Assembly (NCBI GenBank): GCA_046760505.1
Contig: JBHIEG010000021.1
Span: 1-35,466 of the forward strand
Direction: 5' to 3'
DNA: 35,466 nucleotides
From: Candidatus Hydrothermarchaeota archaeon
Lineage (GTDB): Archaea > CAYFZR01
The notes beneath the pieces are model-generated. The model searched no databases, had not been told where the DNA came from, and saw only the letters and a program-made list of their open reading frames with translations. Below are positions 8,072 through 18,454 of this stretch, one piece after another. The first letter of the stretch is position 1; every line of letters starts with the position of its first letter. A program made the translations under genes and the position numbers.

Positions 8072-8880
8072 GGAATATCTTTAGAATGGCTATTTATGGA
8101 AAAGGGGGCATTGGCAAGTCGACTATTGCCTCCAATTTAGCGGTTTCATTCTCTCTTTTAAAGAAATCTACCCTTCTAATGGGATGCGACCCAAAAAGAG
8201 ATACAACCAGAAATCTCCTTTCTGGAAAATTGATTCCAACAGTGTTAGATAGTATACAAAAGAATAACAGTATTACTCTCGAAAAAGTAGTCCATAGAGG
8301 CTATAACGGCGTTTTTTGCGTTGAATCTGGAGGTCCAGAGCCAGGGATCGGTTGTGCTGGAAGGGGGATAATACTAGCAATCGAAACTCTTGAGAAGCTT
8401 GGCTTGTTCGACCAAGTTGACACGGTAATATTTGACGTGCTTGGAGATGTTGTTTGCGGAGGATTCGCGATGCCAATCAGGAAAGGCTATGCAAACTATG
8501 TTTACATCGTAATTTCTGGGGAATTCATGTCTTTATATGCTGCTAACAATATTTGTAAGGGTATCAAGCGTTTTTCGGATAGGAAAGGAGCATTACTAGG
8601 CGGATTGATATATAACTCTCGTGATGTTCCTAATGGTCTAGAAATATCAAAAAAATTTGCGAAAAAGATTGGAACAGATATTTTAGGAGAGATACCAAGA
8701 AGTAACTTAATATTAAAGGGAGATATCCAGAGAAAAACCGTATTTGAGGCTTTTCCAGATTCGGATATAGTGGAAAGGTTTAAGGAATTAACTCATAACA
8801 TCATGAAATCTTCTCCCACTACTCCAAAGCCGCTTTCCTATGAAGAACTGGAGGATCTTGCTATTCAAACTCTATTGTAG
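8068..8880 (+). CDS. Nitrogenase iron protein-like ATPase (NifH/NflH-CfbC family)
   Basis: [44 protein letters not shown]. Exact orthology unresolved. Confidence 0.9.
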   Translation: MRNIFRMAIYGKGGIGKSTIASNLAVSFSLLKKSTLLMGCDPKRDTTRNLLSGKLIPTVLDSIQKNNSITLEKVVHRGYNGVFCVESGGPEPGIGCAGRGIILAIETLEKLGLFDQVDTVIFDVLGDVVCGGFAMPIRKGYANYVYIVISGEFMSLYAANNICKGIKRFSDRKGALLGGLIYNSRDVPNGLEISKKFAKKIGTDILGEIPRSNLILKGDIQRKTVFEAFPDSDIVERFKELTHNIMKSSPTTPKPLSYEELEDLAIQTLL

Positions 8881-9793
8881 CAGGTGGCTTATCGGTGATG
8901 TCATATAAAACTCTACTTACCTCAGGTATCTCGCTCGTGACTCTCTGTTGAATTTTTTTCAGAAGGCTCCAAGGAGCCTCCAATATGTTTGCAGTCATGC
9001 CATCTGATGAGAGAACTATTCTCACCGCTACCATGTAACCATATGCTCTTATGTCCCCTTTCACCCCAGTAGCCTTTCCAGAGAGTAGAACCGCAAATGC
9101 CTGCCACGGCCTTATATCTAGACTTTTAATCTCTTCCTTTACGATTGCATCTGCCTTTCTTACTATCTCAACCTTATCGGGAGTCACTTCTCCGACGATT
9201 CTAACTGCAAGACCTGGACCTGGAAATGGCATTCTTTCTGCAATCTCATCAGGCAAATTTAGGTATTTTGCTAGAATCCTCACTTCATCTTTATAAAGAT
9301 CTGCCAGAGGTTCAACCAGTTTTAGTCCAAATTTTTCGGGTAATCCGCCCACGTTGTGATGGGATTTTATTCCTCCTCTTGACTCTATCCAATCCGGTGC
9401 TATGGTTCCCTGAACCAAAAAACTTGCTCCAATCTTTTTTGCTTCTTCCTCAAAAATTCGAATGAATTCTTCTCCTATTATTTTTCTCTTTTCTTCAGGA
9501 TCTTCGATTCCTCTTAGTCTGTTGAAGAACCTCTCTTTTGCATCGATAAATGTTAGATTCATGTTAGAAAATGTTTCTTTTATCTTTTCCGGCTCTCCAA
9601 GCCTCATGAATCCAGTGTCGACAAATATTGGGGTTAAATTTTCTCCTATTGCCCGATACGTCAAAGCAGCACATGTTGAGCTATCAACACCACCAGAGAG
9701 GGCTATTACTGCTTTTTCATTTTTTATTATTTCTCTTATTTCCTTAACCTTCTCCTCTATAAATTTTTCAGGATCGAACATAGGCATCATCAA
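8861..9793 (-). CDS. guaAB: GMP synthase subunit B
   Basis: [50 protein letters not shown]. Confidence 0.96.
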   Translation of the reverse strand: MMMPMFDPEKFIEEKVKEIREIIKNEKAVIALSGGVDSSTCAALTYRAIGENLTPIFVDTGFMRLGEPEKIKETFSNMNLTFIDAKERFFNRLRGIEDPEEKRKIIGEEFIRIFEEEAKKIGASFLVQGTIAPDWIESRGGIKSHHNVGGLPEKFGLKLVEPLADLYKDEVRILAKYLNLPDEIAERMPFPGPGLAVRIVGEVTPDKVEIVRKADAIVKEEIKSLDIRPWQAFAVLLSGKATGVKGDIRAYGYMVAVRIVLSSDGMTANILEAPWSLLKKIQQRVTSEIPEVSRVLYDITDKPPATIEFE

Positions 9794-10605
9794 AAATTAT
9801 TTGCTATGTACTCTATTAAAGACTCAAATATCTTAAAACCATCGCCCTCTTTTTCATAAGAGCGAGACCAATCATACATTTGATAGGGAAAAAACACCCT
9901 TTCTGGATGTGGCATTAGCCCAAAAACGTTTCCTTTTGGATTGCAGATCCCAGCTATATCGTAAAAGGATCCGTTAGGGTTCCATGGGTATTCCCCATCT
10001 GCCGGCGTACCACTGCTCTTTCCGTACCTGAAGACTATTTGCCTATTTTTTATCATACTTTGAAGTAATTCTTCTTCCCTCCCAATGGGTAATGTAAATC
10101 TACCTTCTGCATGTGCAATCGGCATTGTTAACATCTTTTTTTTAATTTTAGAGGTAAATACGCAACGGTTTTCCTCGTGAATTAAAATTACGGGTCTACA
10201 CTCAAAGTTTACGTTTTCATTTGGCGCCAAGGCCGCATGAACTCCTTCTTCATTTCCGGGCAAGAGTCCTAATTCAACCAACACCTGAAACCCGTTACAT
10301 ATGCCTCCAATTGCTCGTCCATCTTCTACGAATTCGTTTATTTTCCTTTCCAATTTTCTTTTTATTCTTGCGGCCATTATAGCACCAGCTCTTACGTAAT
10401 CACCAGCCGAGAATCCACCAGGTATCATGAGTATGTGATAATCAAGCAAATCTCTTTTTTTATGGCTTGGAACTTCTCCTGAAAGTTGTTTTAAGTGTAC
10501 TAACTCTACTTGAACGTTAAAATACTCAAAGGCTTTTTTTGTCTCATTTTCACAATTTGTACCTTCCATTACCAATATACACGTTTTAATATCTTTTTTA
10601 TCTAT
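9790..10605 (-). CDS. purQ: FGAM synthase glutaminase subunit (start uncertain)
   Basis: [40 protein letters not shown]. Best SD-supported start is ATA at 10605. Confidence 0.93.
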   Translation of the reverse strand: MDKKDIKTCILVMEGTNCENETKKAFEYFNVQVELVHLKQLSGEVPSHKKRDLLDYHILMIPGGFSAGDYVRAGAIMAARIKRKLERKINEFVEDGRAIGGICNGFQVLVELGLLPGNEEGVHAALAPNENVNFECRPVILIHEENRCVFTSKIKKKMLTMPIAHAEGRFTLPIGREEELLQSMIKNRQIVFRYGKSSGTPADGEYPWNPNGSFYDIAGICNPKGNVFGLMPHPERVFFPYQMYDWSRSYEKEGDGFKIFESLIEYIANNF

Positions 10606-10607
10606 GT

Positions 10608-12947
10608 TTAACCCTCCATAAACCTGAAAATTGGGGCATTCCATGCATTCCAAATCTCTTCTAGTGGAAGACTTATCAGTTCCTTTTTTTCTTTTATTTC
10701 AAGTGTTTTTTCCTTCTTTGTTTTTCCAATAAATTTTATTGGAATCCTCATCCTCTTGCAAAAATCTTCTACTTTTTCCCTATTTTTACCCTCAATCTCT
10801 ATCAGGAACCTGCTATTTGATTCTGAGAACAATTTGATATCGGATCTTAAATTATTTAACCCTCTTAGATCAATCTCTGCTCCAATATCTCCGGCTATCA
10901 GGCTTTCTGAAAGCGCAACAGCAAGACCTCCGTTTGAGAGGTCATGGCAGCTCTCGATAAGTCCTTTAGAAATCAAATCTATTATTCCATAGATGTTTTT
11001 CTTTGATTCATCTATATTTACTCTTGGAACCTTTCCTCCGTTAACGTTCAATGCCTTATAATACTCTGATCCGCCCATTTCTTTCTTTGTTTCCCCTATC
11101 ACATACAAATAGTTTCCTGATCCTTTAATGTCTATTGTTACAGCCTTTCTCACATCTTCCATTATTCCTACACCAAGGAGGGTTGGAGTGGGAGCCACGC
11201 TGAGTAAGGGAGACTCATTATAGAAACTAACGTTTCCAGATACAAAAGGTATTTTGAAGGAGGATGCGACAAAATACATTCCTCTACAACATTCTCTAAA
11301 GTCTCCGAGTCTTTCAGGCTTTTCTGGATTACCAAAATTTAAGCAATCAGCCAGAGAGTGTGGATGAGCACCTACAGCTGCGAGATTTCTGAATACCTCT
11401 TCGACAGAAGAAGCAGCTCCCCAGTACGGATCGATTTTTGTATAGTTTATGTTGACATCACTTGCAATTGCAAGTCCCCTAAAACTATGGTCAAGAGGCT
11501 TTATTACTGCAGAGTCTCCATGAGACTGCCTATTTATGATGCCCTGAAGAGGCTTTATAACCGTGTTTCCTCTGACTTCGTGGTCGTATTGCCTTATCAC
11601 CCACTCTTTATTACATACATTGAGAGAAGAGAGCACTTTCAAAAATATTTCCTCGTAATCTGGCTCTTTTATTTTAGGATCTCCCTGATCTCTTTTAACA
11701 ACTTTGTAGGGCCTATTGTAGGTTAATGCCCCTGTTAAGAACTTTATATCCATATCAAGAATTTTTTTATCCGAGTATTCTACAATGATCCTATTTCCCT
11801 CAATTACTTCTCCAATTGGGGTTGCTTGGACGTCCCAGAAATCAAAGATTTCAAGAACCTCTTCAAGATTCTCTTTTTTTACGCATAACATCATTCTTTC
11901 CTGCGACTCAGAAACCCAGATCTCCCATGGGGCCATGCCCTCAACCTTCAACGGAACTTTTTCTAATCTTATATGTGCTCCATTTCCTCCCGCTAAGGCC
12001 ATTTCTCCTATGACACAAGATAAACCTCCTCCTCCAAGGTCTTTTAAGCCTTCTACCAGACCCTTCTCAACTGATTCTAAACAAGCATGTATAAGTGGCT
12101 CTTTTGTTATGGGATCGCCTAATTGAACTGCTGGTCTATCTTCTTCCTCAGATTTCTCTGTTAATTCCGCAGAAGCAAAGGTTACTCCGTGTATTCCATC
12201 TCTTCCTGTCTTTCCTCCAGCAAGCAAAAATATTTCCCCGGGTTTTTTCGCAATACTTCTGATTATTTTGTCTTTCCTAACTATTCCTATGCATCCAACG
12301 TTTACTAGACAATTTGTAACATAACTTTCATCAAAAACCACACACCCTGCTAGAGTGGGTATGCCGACCCTGTTACCATAATCTCCTATACCCTTAACTA
12401 CACCTCTGAACAGAAAACTTGGATGTTTTGTTCCAAGAGGAAGTTTTTCTTCAGGATAATCTAAAGGGCCGAAGAATAGGGAATCTACTAAGGCTATTGG
12501 TTGAGCGCCCATGCATACTACGTCTCTCAATATTCCGCCAACACCGGTTGCTGCGCCTCCATATGGATCTAAAGCGGAAGGATGATTGTGAGACTCCAAT
12601 GCAACGACGTAGGCATAGTTATCATCGAATTCTACCACGCCAGCATCCTCTTCTATTACAAATATGCACTGAGGAGCCTTGGTATCGAATATGGTTGTCT
12701 TAAGAATAGGCTTGCTTGTCTTGTAGCAGCAGTGTTCGCTCCAGGCCTGTGCTATGGATTCCAACTCTATATCATATGGGTTTCTTCCTTCTTTCCTGAA
12801 GTACTCTCTGATCTTTTTCATCTCGTAAAGGTTCAAGCCCAAAGATCTCTCTTTGCTTATTCTTTCTAGTTCTTCATCGCTTGCTTCAATTAGATTTATC
12901 TCATAGAGGTGAAAAGGAACATTTACCTTTCTATAAAGTTCTTTCAT
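10608..12947 (-). CDS. purL: FGAM synthase synthetase subunit
   Basis: [55 protein letters not shown]. Confidence 0.97.
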   Translation of the reverse strand: MKELYRKVNVPFHLYEINLIEASDEELERISKERSLGLNLYEMKKIREYFRKEGRNPYDIELESIAQAWSEHCCYKTSKPILKTTIFDTKAPQCIFVIEEDAGVVEFDDNYAYVVALESHNHPSALDPYGGAATGVGGILRDVVCMGAQPIALVDSLFFGPLDYPEEKLPLGTKHPSFLFRGVVKGIGDYGNRVGIPTLAGCVVFDESYVTNCLVNVGCIGIVRKDKIIRSIAKKPGEIFLLAGGKTGRDGIHGVTFASAELTEKSEEEDRPAVQLGDPITKEPLIHACLESVEKGLVEGLKDLGGGGLSCVIGEMALAGGNGAHIRLEKVPLKVEGMAPWEIWVSESQERMMLCVKKENLEEVLEIFDFWDVQATPIGEVIEGNRIIVEYSDKKILDMDIKFLTGALTYNRPYKVVKRDQGDPKIKEPDYEEIFLKVLSSLNVCNKEWVIRQYDHEVRGNTVIKPLQGIINRQSHGDSAVIKPLDHSFRGLAIASDVNINYTKIDPYWGAASSVEEVFRNLAAVGAHPHSLADCLNFGNPEKPERLGDFRECCRGMYFVASSFKIPFVSGNVSFYNESPLLSVAPTPTLLGVGIMEDVRKAVTIDIKGSGNYLYVIGETKKEMGGSEYYKALNVNGGKVPRVNIDESKKNIYGIIDLISKGLIESCHDLSNGGLAVALSESLIAGDIGAEIDLRGLNNLRSDIKLFSESNSRFLIEIEGKNREKVEDFCKRMRIPIKFIGKTKKEKTLEIKEKKELISLPLEEIWNAWNAPIFRFMEG

Positions 12948-13120
12948 ACCACCACTTATGGTCTCAATTGTTTTAATGTACTAAAACATTTTTATCATTT
13001 TTAACCTTATATCAAATTTTAAAATCCTTGTACATATTTGTTGAAAAACCCGTAAAAATGTTAAGGGAAGTTAGATAAGTTAGTACATCTCTTATTAATA
13101 GTAGAAAGGAGGATATTTGC

Positions 13121-13315
13121 TTGAAAGATAATGAAGAGACCTTCAATCTCCTTGCAATTTTTTTTGCAGGAGTAGGTTTGATAGCTCTACTCCTTGGAAA
13201 CGTACTCACCGCGGGAATACTTGGCATCCTAGGAGCGATCTCATTCACCATAAGTTTGAAGTACAAAGAAATTTATGAAGATTACGAATCTTTATCTGCT
13301 GAAAGCAATGCCTAG
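13121..13315 (+). CDS. Small two-TM membrane protein
   Basis: AGGAGG SD, TTG start, hydrophobic hairpin; lies opposite-strand between purL and purS. Confidence 0.6.
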   Translation: MKDNEETFNLLAIFFAGVGLIALLLGNVLTAGILGILGAISFTISLKYKEIYEDYESLSAESNA

Positions 13316-13554
13316 TCTTTTACGGTTATTTCATAATCCTGTATAACCGGATTCGCAAGCAATTTATTGCATGCATCTTCTATTTCCTTTAACACCTCTT
13401 CCTTTCTCTCTTTATTCATGCCTATTTCATATACTTTAATGGTTCTAACGTAGTCTACATCAAATCCTAAAAGGCGCAAAGACTTCTTTACCGTCTCTCC
13501 CTCTGCATCTAATACACCTGGTTTCAATTTTACCCTAACCTCAACTTTATGCAA
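13312..13554 (-). CDS. purS: FGAM synthase PurS subunit
   Basis: LKPGVLDAEG...LLANPVIQDY, 80 aa. Confidence 0.95.
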   Translation of the reverse strand: MHKVEVRVKLKPGVLDAEGETVKKSLRLLGFDVDYVRTIKVYEIGMNKERKEEVLKEIEDACNKLLANPVIQDYEITVKD

Positions 13555-13665
13555 AGGTCCACTCTCCTGTTTTTACTTCTTGATCTGTTCTACTTCAAAT
13601 ATAATTTTTTTACTTTGACAGCCTTGCAGGAAAGCCTTGAGTTGTCTACCACCCTTTACTACAGT

Positions 13666-13974
13666 ATGGATATAAGGCATATATGTCTCGCTACCGCCCT
13701 CCTAGGTACAATACTCTTGAATGCACTTGCAAATCACATTGAACCCTTGCATACAGACATAAAATCTCTTGAGAAAATGTCAGAAGGGAGTTACGTTTCC
13801 GTAGAAGGCGTTGTAACAAAAAGTGGTAAAAATTCTTGGATAAAGGACGAGAGTGGCAGAAAATGTATGGTAAACGGAAGACTAAAAGAAGGAAGTAAAG
13901 TCAGGGTAACAGGTTATCTTAGTTATTACTACAATAAACCCGTAATTAGACCCAAGAAAATTGTTGGAATATGA
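13666..13974 (+). CDS. Membrane-anchored OB-fold protein
   Basis: Start reassigned to ATG 13666; N-terminal TM then VSVEGVV...IKDESG...LKEGSKVRVTG pattern. Confidence 0.65.
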   Translation: MDIRHICLATALLGTILLNALANHIEPLHTDIKSLEKMSEGSYVSVEGVVTKSGKNSWIKDESGRKCMVNGRLKEGSKVRVTGYLSYYYNKPVIRPKKIVGI

Positions 13975-15155
13975 ATACGACTAATATTTTTCTATGCACG
14001 ATTTTAGGCATGCTGTTGGGAATTTTGACAGGCTTAGTCCCGGGATTGCATCAGAATACAGTTGCTCTTGTGTTATTTGCTCTGTCTCCCCTTGACTCAC
14101 TAGAAACGTCATGCTTAATATTTTCAATGAGCATATCTCATAACTTATTCGATTTTATTCCGGCGCTTTTGTTTTGTGTACCAGATCCTGAACTATCGAT
14201 ACTTCAGAATCCCACAATCATTTTAATCAGGGAATATGGATTTAAAGGGGTGATCAGTTGCATAAATCTTGGTTACCTATTGGGTTTTTTATTTTCATGT
14301 ATCATCTGCATCTCACTGCTTCTTATGCCAGTCAGGGATCTCTATTTACTGATTCGACCTTATCTAGCATACATCCTAATTTTGGTATCTCTTTTCTTTA
14401 TTTTGCACGAGAAAAATAGAATGATGGCTCTGATAGTTTTTCTCATGGCTGGTTTTTATGGTTTGGCTTCCTTTGATATGATACCCCTAATAAAGAAACA
14501 TTCAATGGTAAAATATTCGGATTGTCTTTTTCCTATCTTTACTGGTCTTTTTGGGATGACTTCATTAATCATGAGCGAAAAAAGTTTAAAATCAAGGGAG
14601 AAAAAATTTCAAATCGACTGGAGAGGTTTAACTAAATTTAGTTTGATAGGATCCCTTGTAGCATTATTGATAAGTCTACTACCCAGTTTAAGTCCAGCTC
14701 AGGGTGTGGCAATGGCTCACTATTTATTGGGAAGAACAGGAATTGGATTTTTGGTTTCTTCTTCAGCAGTGAATTCTGGCGACACAATCTTCTCTGTAAT
14801 TTCATGCTACACAATAAAAAACCCAAGAAGTGGTGTTGGAGTCTTAATAGAAGATTTAATAAGGGTAAACCTTTTTGAAGTCCTATTGATGTTATCCATA
14901 GGATTAATATCTCTAGGACTTTCTTCTCTAGTCTTTAATTTCTTAATAAAGAACCTAGAAATGCTTAACATCGAAAGAATAAAAATTCCCGTAGTGCTCT
15001 GTTTGTTCATCCTTCTATTCGTTTTCTCTGGTCCATTTGGTATTCTAGTTAGTTTAGTTGGTGTTAGCATTGGGTTGTTACCTCATTTACATGGAATTTC
15101 AAGGATACACTGCATGGGTGTTTTGATTGTTCCTACCATAATCTTTTTGTTGTAA
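13971..15155 (+). CDS. TctA-family (tripartite tricarboxylate transporter/DUF112) permease
   Basis: GILTGLVPGLH, DFIPALL..VP, PIFTGLFG, NPRSG, RIHCMG. Confidence 0.85.
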   Translation: MNTTNIFLCTILGMLLGILTGLVPGLHQNTVALVLFALSPLDSLETSCLIFSMSISHNLFDFIPALLFCVPDPELSILQNPTIILIREYGFKGVISCINLGYLLGFLFSCIICISLLLMPVRDLYLLIRPYLAYILILVSLFFILHEKNRMMALIVFLMAGFYGLASFDMIPLIKKHSMVKYSDCLFPIFTGLFGMTSLIMSEKSLKSREKKFQIDWRGLTKFSLIGSLVALLISLLPSLSPAQGVAMAHYLLGRTGIGFLVSSSAVNSGDTIFSVISCYTIKNPRSGVGVLIEDLIRVNLFEVLLMLSIGLISLGLSSLVFNFLIKNLEMLNIERIKIPVVLCLFILLFVFSGPFGILVSLVGVSIGLLPHLHGISRIHCMGVLIVPTIIFLL

Positions 15156-15176
15156 AATAAAGCTAGAAGTTAAGGT

Positions 15177-15848
15177 ATGAAAATTATCGAATATCGATTG
15201 AGTCAGGCCAGAAAATTACTGGAGAGTTGTAGATTGAATGCATCCATAGAGGTTCCTGAAAACCCAAAGGGAAATGTTGAAACTCGTGCAATAAGAGATT
15301 TAATCCAAGATTTGATTGAAATAGAAGATTTGTTGAGGAATAGAGTACCAGCAGAAGAAATAGAAGGCGAAGACGCAAAATTTATCGTAAACACGCTTTT
15401 AGAGATGAGAGAAAAAATCAACAATATCTTGCCGGATTTTGGTGTCAAGGGAGTTAAGGCACCGGAAAAGGAGATAGACCTGAATAAAAAGATGGCGAAT
15501 AAGCTCATAATCCTGATGAGATCAAGCGATAGGAAAAAATTGAGCGAGCATATTGATGCAAGAAGAATCATAGCTACAGGAACTCCCTTGTTTATAGAAG
15601 ACATGAGAGATTTAAAACCAGATTTACCTGAGACTGCTATCAAAAGTATAGAAAAGAAAATTCAGGGAGTAAAAAGAGAAATAGAGAGCAAAATAAAAGA
15701 ACTCAATATAAAAGAGATAATCGTACTAATGGAAGACGAAGACAAATATTTAGAAAGGGCAAAAGAATTGTACGAAAATGTTAGGGTTGTGAGATGCTTT
15801 AAGATCTCGGATTTGAGTATAAAAGAGCTTTCGGAGATAATAGGATGA
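15177..15848 (+). CDS. Conserved archaeal protein, probably DUF2100
   Basis: RLSQARKLL, ILPDFG, IIATGTPL..EDM....P.LPE.A pattern recalled from methanogen DUF2100 proteins. Confidence 0.65.
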   Translation: MKIIEYRLSQARKLLESCRLNASIEVPENPKGNVETRAIRDLIQDLIEIEDLLRNRVPAEEIEGEDAKFIVNTLLEMREKINNILPDFGVKGVKAPEKEIDLNKKMANKLIILMRSSDRKKLSEHIDARRIIATGTPLFIEDMRDLKPDLPETAIKSIEKKIQGVKREIESKIKELNIKEIIVLMEDEDKYLERAKELYENVRVVRCFKISDLSIKELSEIIG

Positions 15849-17041
15849 GAAAAGAGAATCTTACGAAAGAAAAAAGTCTTCATGTCGCTTCTTTCGATGA
15901 GATTAAATCTGGAAATACCGCTGATATTTATTTCCAGAGGTGCAAAGAGGTCTTGGAGAAATATGAAAAGTGCGATAAGAGAGTTGTTGCTGATGTTACG
16001 GCAACTTCCTTCCCGTTTAACTGGAAATGGGCTATTTTTGCTGGATTAGAAGAAATCTTAATTCTTTTTGAGGGTGTTGATTGTGATATATACGCCATGG
16101 AAGAAGGAACAGTATTCTATCCGTATCAGCCCGTTATGGAGATAGAAGGAAAGTACTGTAACTTTGGTCTGCTAGAAACTGCTCTTTTGGGATTAATATG
16201 TCAATCTTCTGGAATCGCGACCAGAGCCGCAAGGTGCAAAGTGGCAGCCAAAGGCAAACCAATTTATAGTTTCGGCATAAGAAGAATCCATCCCTCTATT
16301 TCTCCTATGGTAGATAGATCTGCTTACATCGGGGGTTGTGATGGAGTCTCAGGAATATCTGGAGCAAGATTGATAGGCATCGACCCTGTAGGTACCATGT
16401 CTCATGCTTATGTTATCCTGATGGAGTCGCAAGAAGAAGCATGGATAGCCTTCGATAAGGTAATGCCAGAAAAAATCCCAAGAATAGCGCTAACTGATAC
16501 ATATTTCGATGAAAAAACTGAGTCCATAATGGCAGCAGAGAGTTTGAAAGATAGACTACTCGCTGTAAGATTAGACACTCCCGGAAGCAGGAGAGGTGAT
16601 TTTAAAAGAATAGTTGAGGAGGTCAGATGGGAACTGGATATAAGAGGATACGAATATGTTAAAATTCTCATATCTGGAGGGATCGATGAATTCAAAATTA
16701 AAGATCTAAGGGATATAGCTGACTACTTTGGAGTGGGGACTTTTATTAGCGGATCTCCTCCCATAGACTATGCAATGGACATAGTCGAGGTGGAAAATGT
16801 ACCCTGCGCAAAGAGAGGAAAATATGGAGGTAAAAAACAAGTTTTTAGATGTAGTAAATGCAACACTGATATTCTTGCCTACAGAAAAGATGAGAAAGAA
16901 AAAACTTGTAAATGTGGAGGAACCGCTTATCCATTGCTGAAAAAGGTCCTTGAAAAGGGAGAAATAATCGTAGATCTTCCAAGTCCCGATGAAATAAGGA
17001 GAAAGGTCTTGTCTCAAATATCAAAGCTGACGCTGGAGTAA
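15845..17041 (+). CDS. pncB: Nicotinate phosphoribosyltransferase
   Basis: DIYF, SFGIRR, GTMSHA, VRLDTPGSRRG, SGG, FGVGT, AKRGK. Confidence 0.92.
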   Translation: MRKENLTKEKSLHVASFDEIKSGNTADIYFQRCKEVLEKYEKCDKRVVADVTATSFPFNWKWAIFAGLEEILILFEGVDCDIYAMEEGTVFYPYQPVMEIEGKYCNFGLLETALLGLICQSSGIATRAARCKVAAKGKPIYSFGIRRIHPSISPMVDRSAYIGGCDGVSGISGARLIGIDPVGTMSHAYVILMESQEEAWIAFDKVMPEKIPRIALTDTYFDEKTESIMAAESLKDRLLAVRLDTPGSRRGDFKRIVEEVRWELDIRGYEYVKILISGGIDEFKIKDLRDIADYFGVGTFISGSPPIDYAMDIVEVENVPCAKRGKYGGKKQVFRCSKCNTDILAYRKDEKEKTCKCGGTAYPLLKKVLEKGEIIVDLPSPDEIRRKVLSQISKLTLE

Positions 17042-17046
17042 TACTC

Positions 17047-17751
17047 ATGATTTCAAGGGTGATGTTTGGAACCAGCCCGATGATTGGAGCGGGACAATTT
17101 GGCATGCGCTCTTTACTGTACTATCAGAAGTTCTACAGCAATCCAAAGAACATGACAAATTTATTTAAAAAATCCATAGAGAGCGGATTTCCAGACTTTC
17201 AACTCGTGGCGTTACCAAGGCTTGTGAACTCTTTGTTAAAGTTAAAAAAAGATTATGAATTCAGAGTGCTTGGAACAATTGATGTAGAGGACTTTGAAAC
17301 TGAAATCAATCTAATGAATGAAATAGAGGCTTATGGTTGCGCAATTCATGCAAGCAAAGCAGAGCGAATGGGAGCTGATTTAAACGATAAATTAGAAAGA
17401 ATAAAAGAAAACGATATGAAGAGGGGTCTTGCATTACATAATCCTCACAAGACAATGGAAAAATTAGATAGGTTAGATTTCGATTTCTATCTTCTTCCTC
17501 TAAACAAAAGAGGAGAGTTCATGGGGGATTTTAGAAAGACAATATCCTTGATAGAGAATACAGATAAAAAGGTAGTTTCGATAAAACCTCTCGCTGCGGG
17601 AAATATAAAGCCTGAAGAGGCTTTTGAGTTTATATTTGAATATGCTGAAGGAGTTACAGTTGGAATAGCAGACGAAAATGAACTTATTAGTCTCGAAATA
17701 GCAAAAACATTTGCAGAAAAAAAGTTCGGCTCGATTTTCATGGATTTCTAA
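17047..17751 (+). CDS. Aldo/keto-reductase-like TIM-barrel protein
   Basis: GTSPMIGAGQFG, PLN..G.FM, IKPLAAG motifs. Confidence 0.6.
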   Translation: MISRVMFGTSPMIGAGQFGMRSLLYYQKFYSNPKNMTNLFKKSIESGFPDFQLVALPRLVNSLLKLKKDYEFRVLGTIDVEDFETEINLMNEIEAYGCAIHASKAERMGADLNDKLERIKENDMKRGLALHNPHKTMEKLDRLDFDFYLLPLNKRGEFMGDFRKTISLIENTDKKVVSIKPLAAGNIKPEEAFEFIFEYAEGVTVGIADENELISLEIAKTFAEKKFGSIFMDF

Positions 17752-17812
17752 ACCTAGGTTTTTATTTCGAACGCAAGTATTAGGGAATACTCATCCCCCA
17801 AAGAACCTGTAA

Positions 17813-18367
17813 TCACTCTTTTCCTATCAAGACTTCAGTAGCCTTTATAATCGCTTCTACTTTGTCTCCAGGTTTTATTCCAAGTTCTTCTATAGCCTCT
17901 CTTGTTATGATTGCAGTTATTATTGCAGGGGTTTTTATTTCAATTTTTACAGACGCAGTCACATCCTCTTTTTTAACGTCTTTAACAGTACCTTTCAACC
18001 TATTTCTAGCACTTAATTTCAAACCGCAAGCCTCCCAGTAATGTTCATCTTCTAGAATTCTATCTAAATAAATCCTGTACTTCCTGTACTCTTTCAAAAG
18101 TGCCTTTCCAAAATCTGTTAGTACAGTCCCCCCTCCTCCGTGTGCACCCCCTCGATAAGTTTTTACTATAGGGACACCCAATTTTTTTTCTAATTTAGAT
18201 AAATATCCCCATGCATGACGATAAGAAATATTTAGGGATTTTGCACTTTTTGAGAGAGAGCCTGTTTTCTCTATAGCCTCAAGCAAGCTTGCTATGCCCT
18301 CACCCATTATCGACGTGTGATCGGAGGATAACCAGAGCTTTGTTCTCGGGCGCAGTTTATCAGACAT
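17813..18367 (-). CDS. modE: ModE-family molybdate/tungstate-responsive regulator (wHTH + TOBE)
   Basis: LLEAIEKTGSLSKSAKSLNISYRHAW, RGG..GGGT.LT, SARNRLKG, AIIKATEV. Confidence 0.9.
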   Translation of the reverse strand: MSDKLRPRTKLWLSSDHTSIMGEGIASLLEAIEKTGSLSKSAKSLNISYRHAWGYLSKLEKKLGVPIVKTYRGGAHGGGGTVLTDFGKALLKEYRKYRIYLDRILEDEHYWEACGLKLSARNRLKGTVKDVKKEDVTASVKIEIKTPAIITAIITREAIEELGIKPGDKVEAIIKATEVLIGKE

Positions 18368-18414
18368 GGAATTTTTCTCCCTTCCTATAGAAACTCATAA
18401 ATACAAGATTAAAA

Positions 18415-18441
18415 ATCGATATGCACATATAAACCTATCGT
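18415..18441. promoter_or_regulatory. Candidate ModE operator
   Basis: Dyad CGATA-N14-TATCG (18417-18440) between divergent modE and tupA; CG-to-CG span of 24 bp equals the ModE consensus span. Confidence 0.65.
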
Positions 18442-18454
18442 AAAAAGTGATTCG

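Noticed and set aside
7418-8880. Integrative element at tRNA-Lys
   Set aside because: No integrase and no duplicated tRNA 3' end seen in the window.
8068-8880. Evidence for nitrogen fixation
   Set aside because: No nifD/K/E/N/B in the window; stand-alone NifH homologues are common in non-diazotrophic archaea.
17748-17763. Palindrome AAACCTAGGTTT between convergent genes
   Set aside because: Single short palindrome overlapping a stop codon; may aid termination but cannot be supported as a feature.
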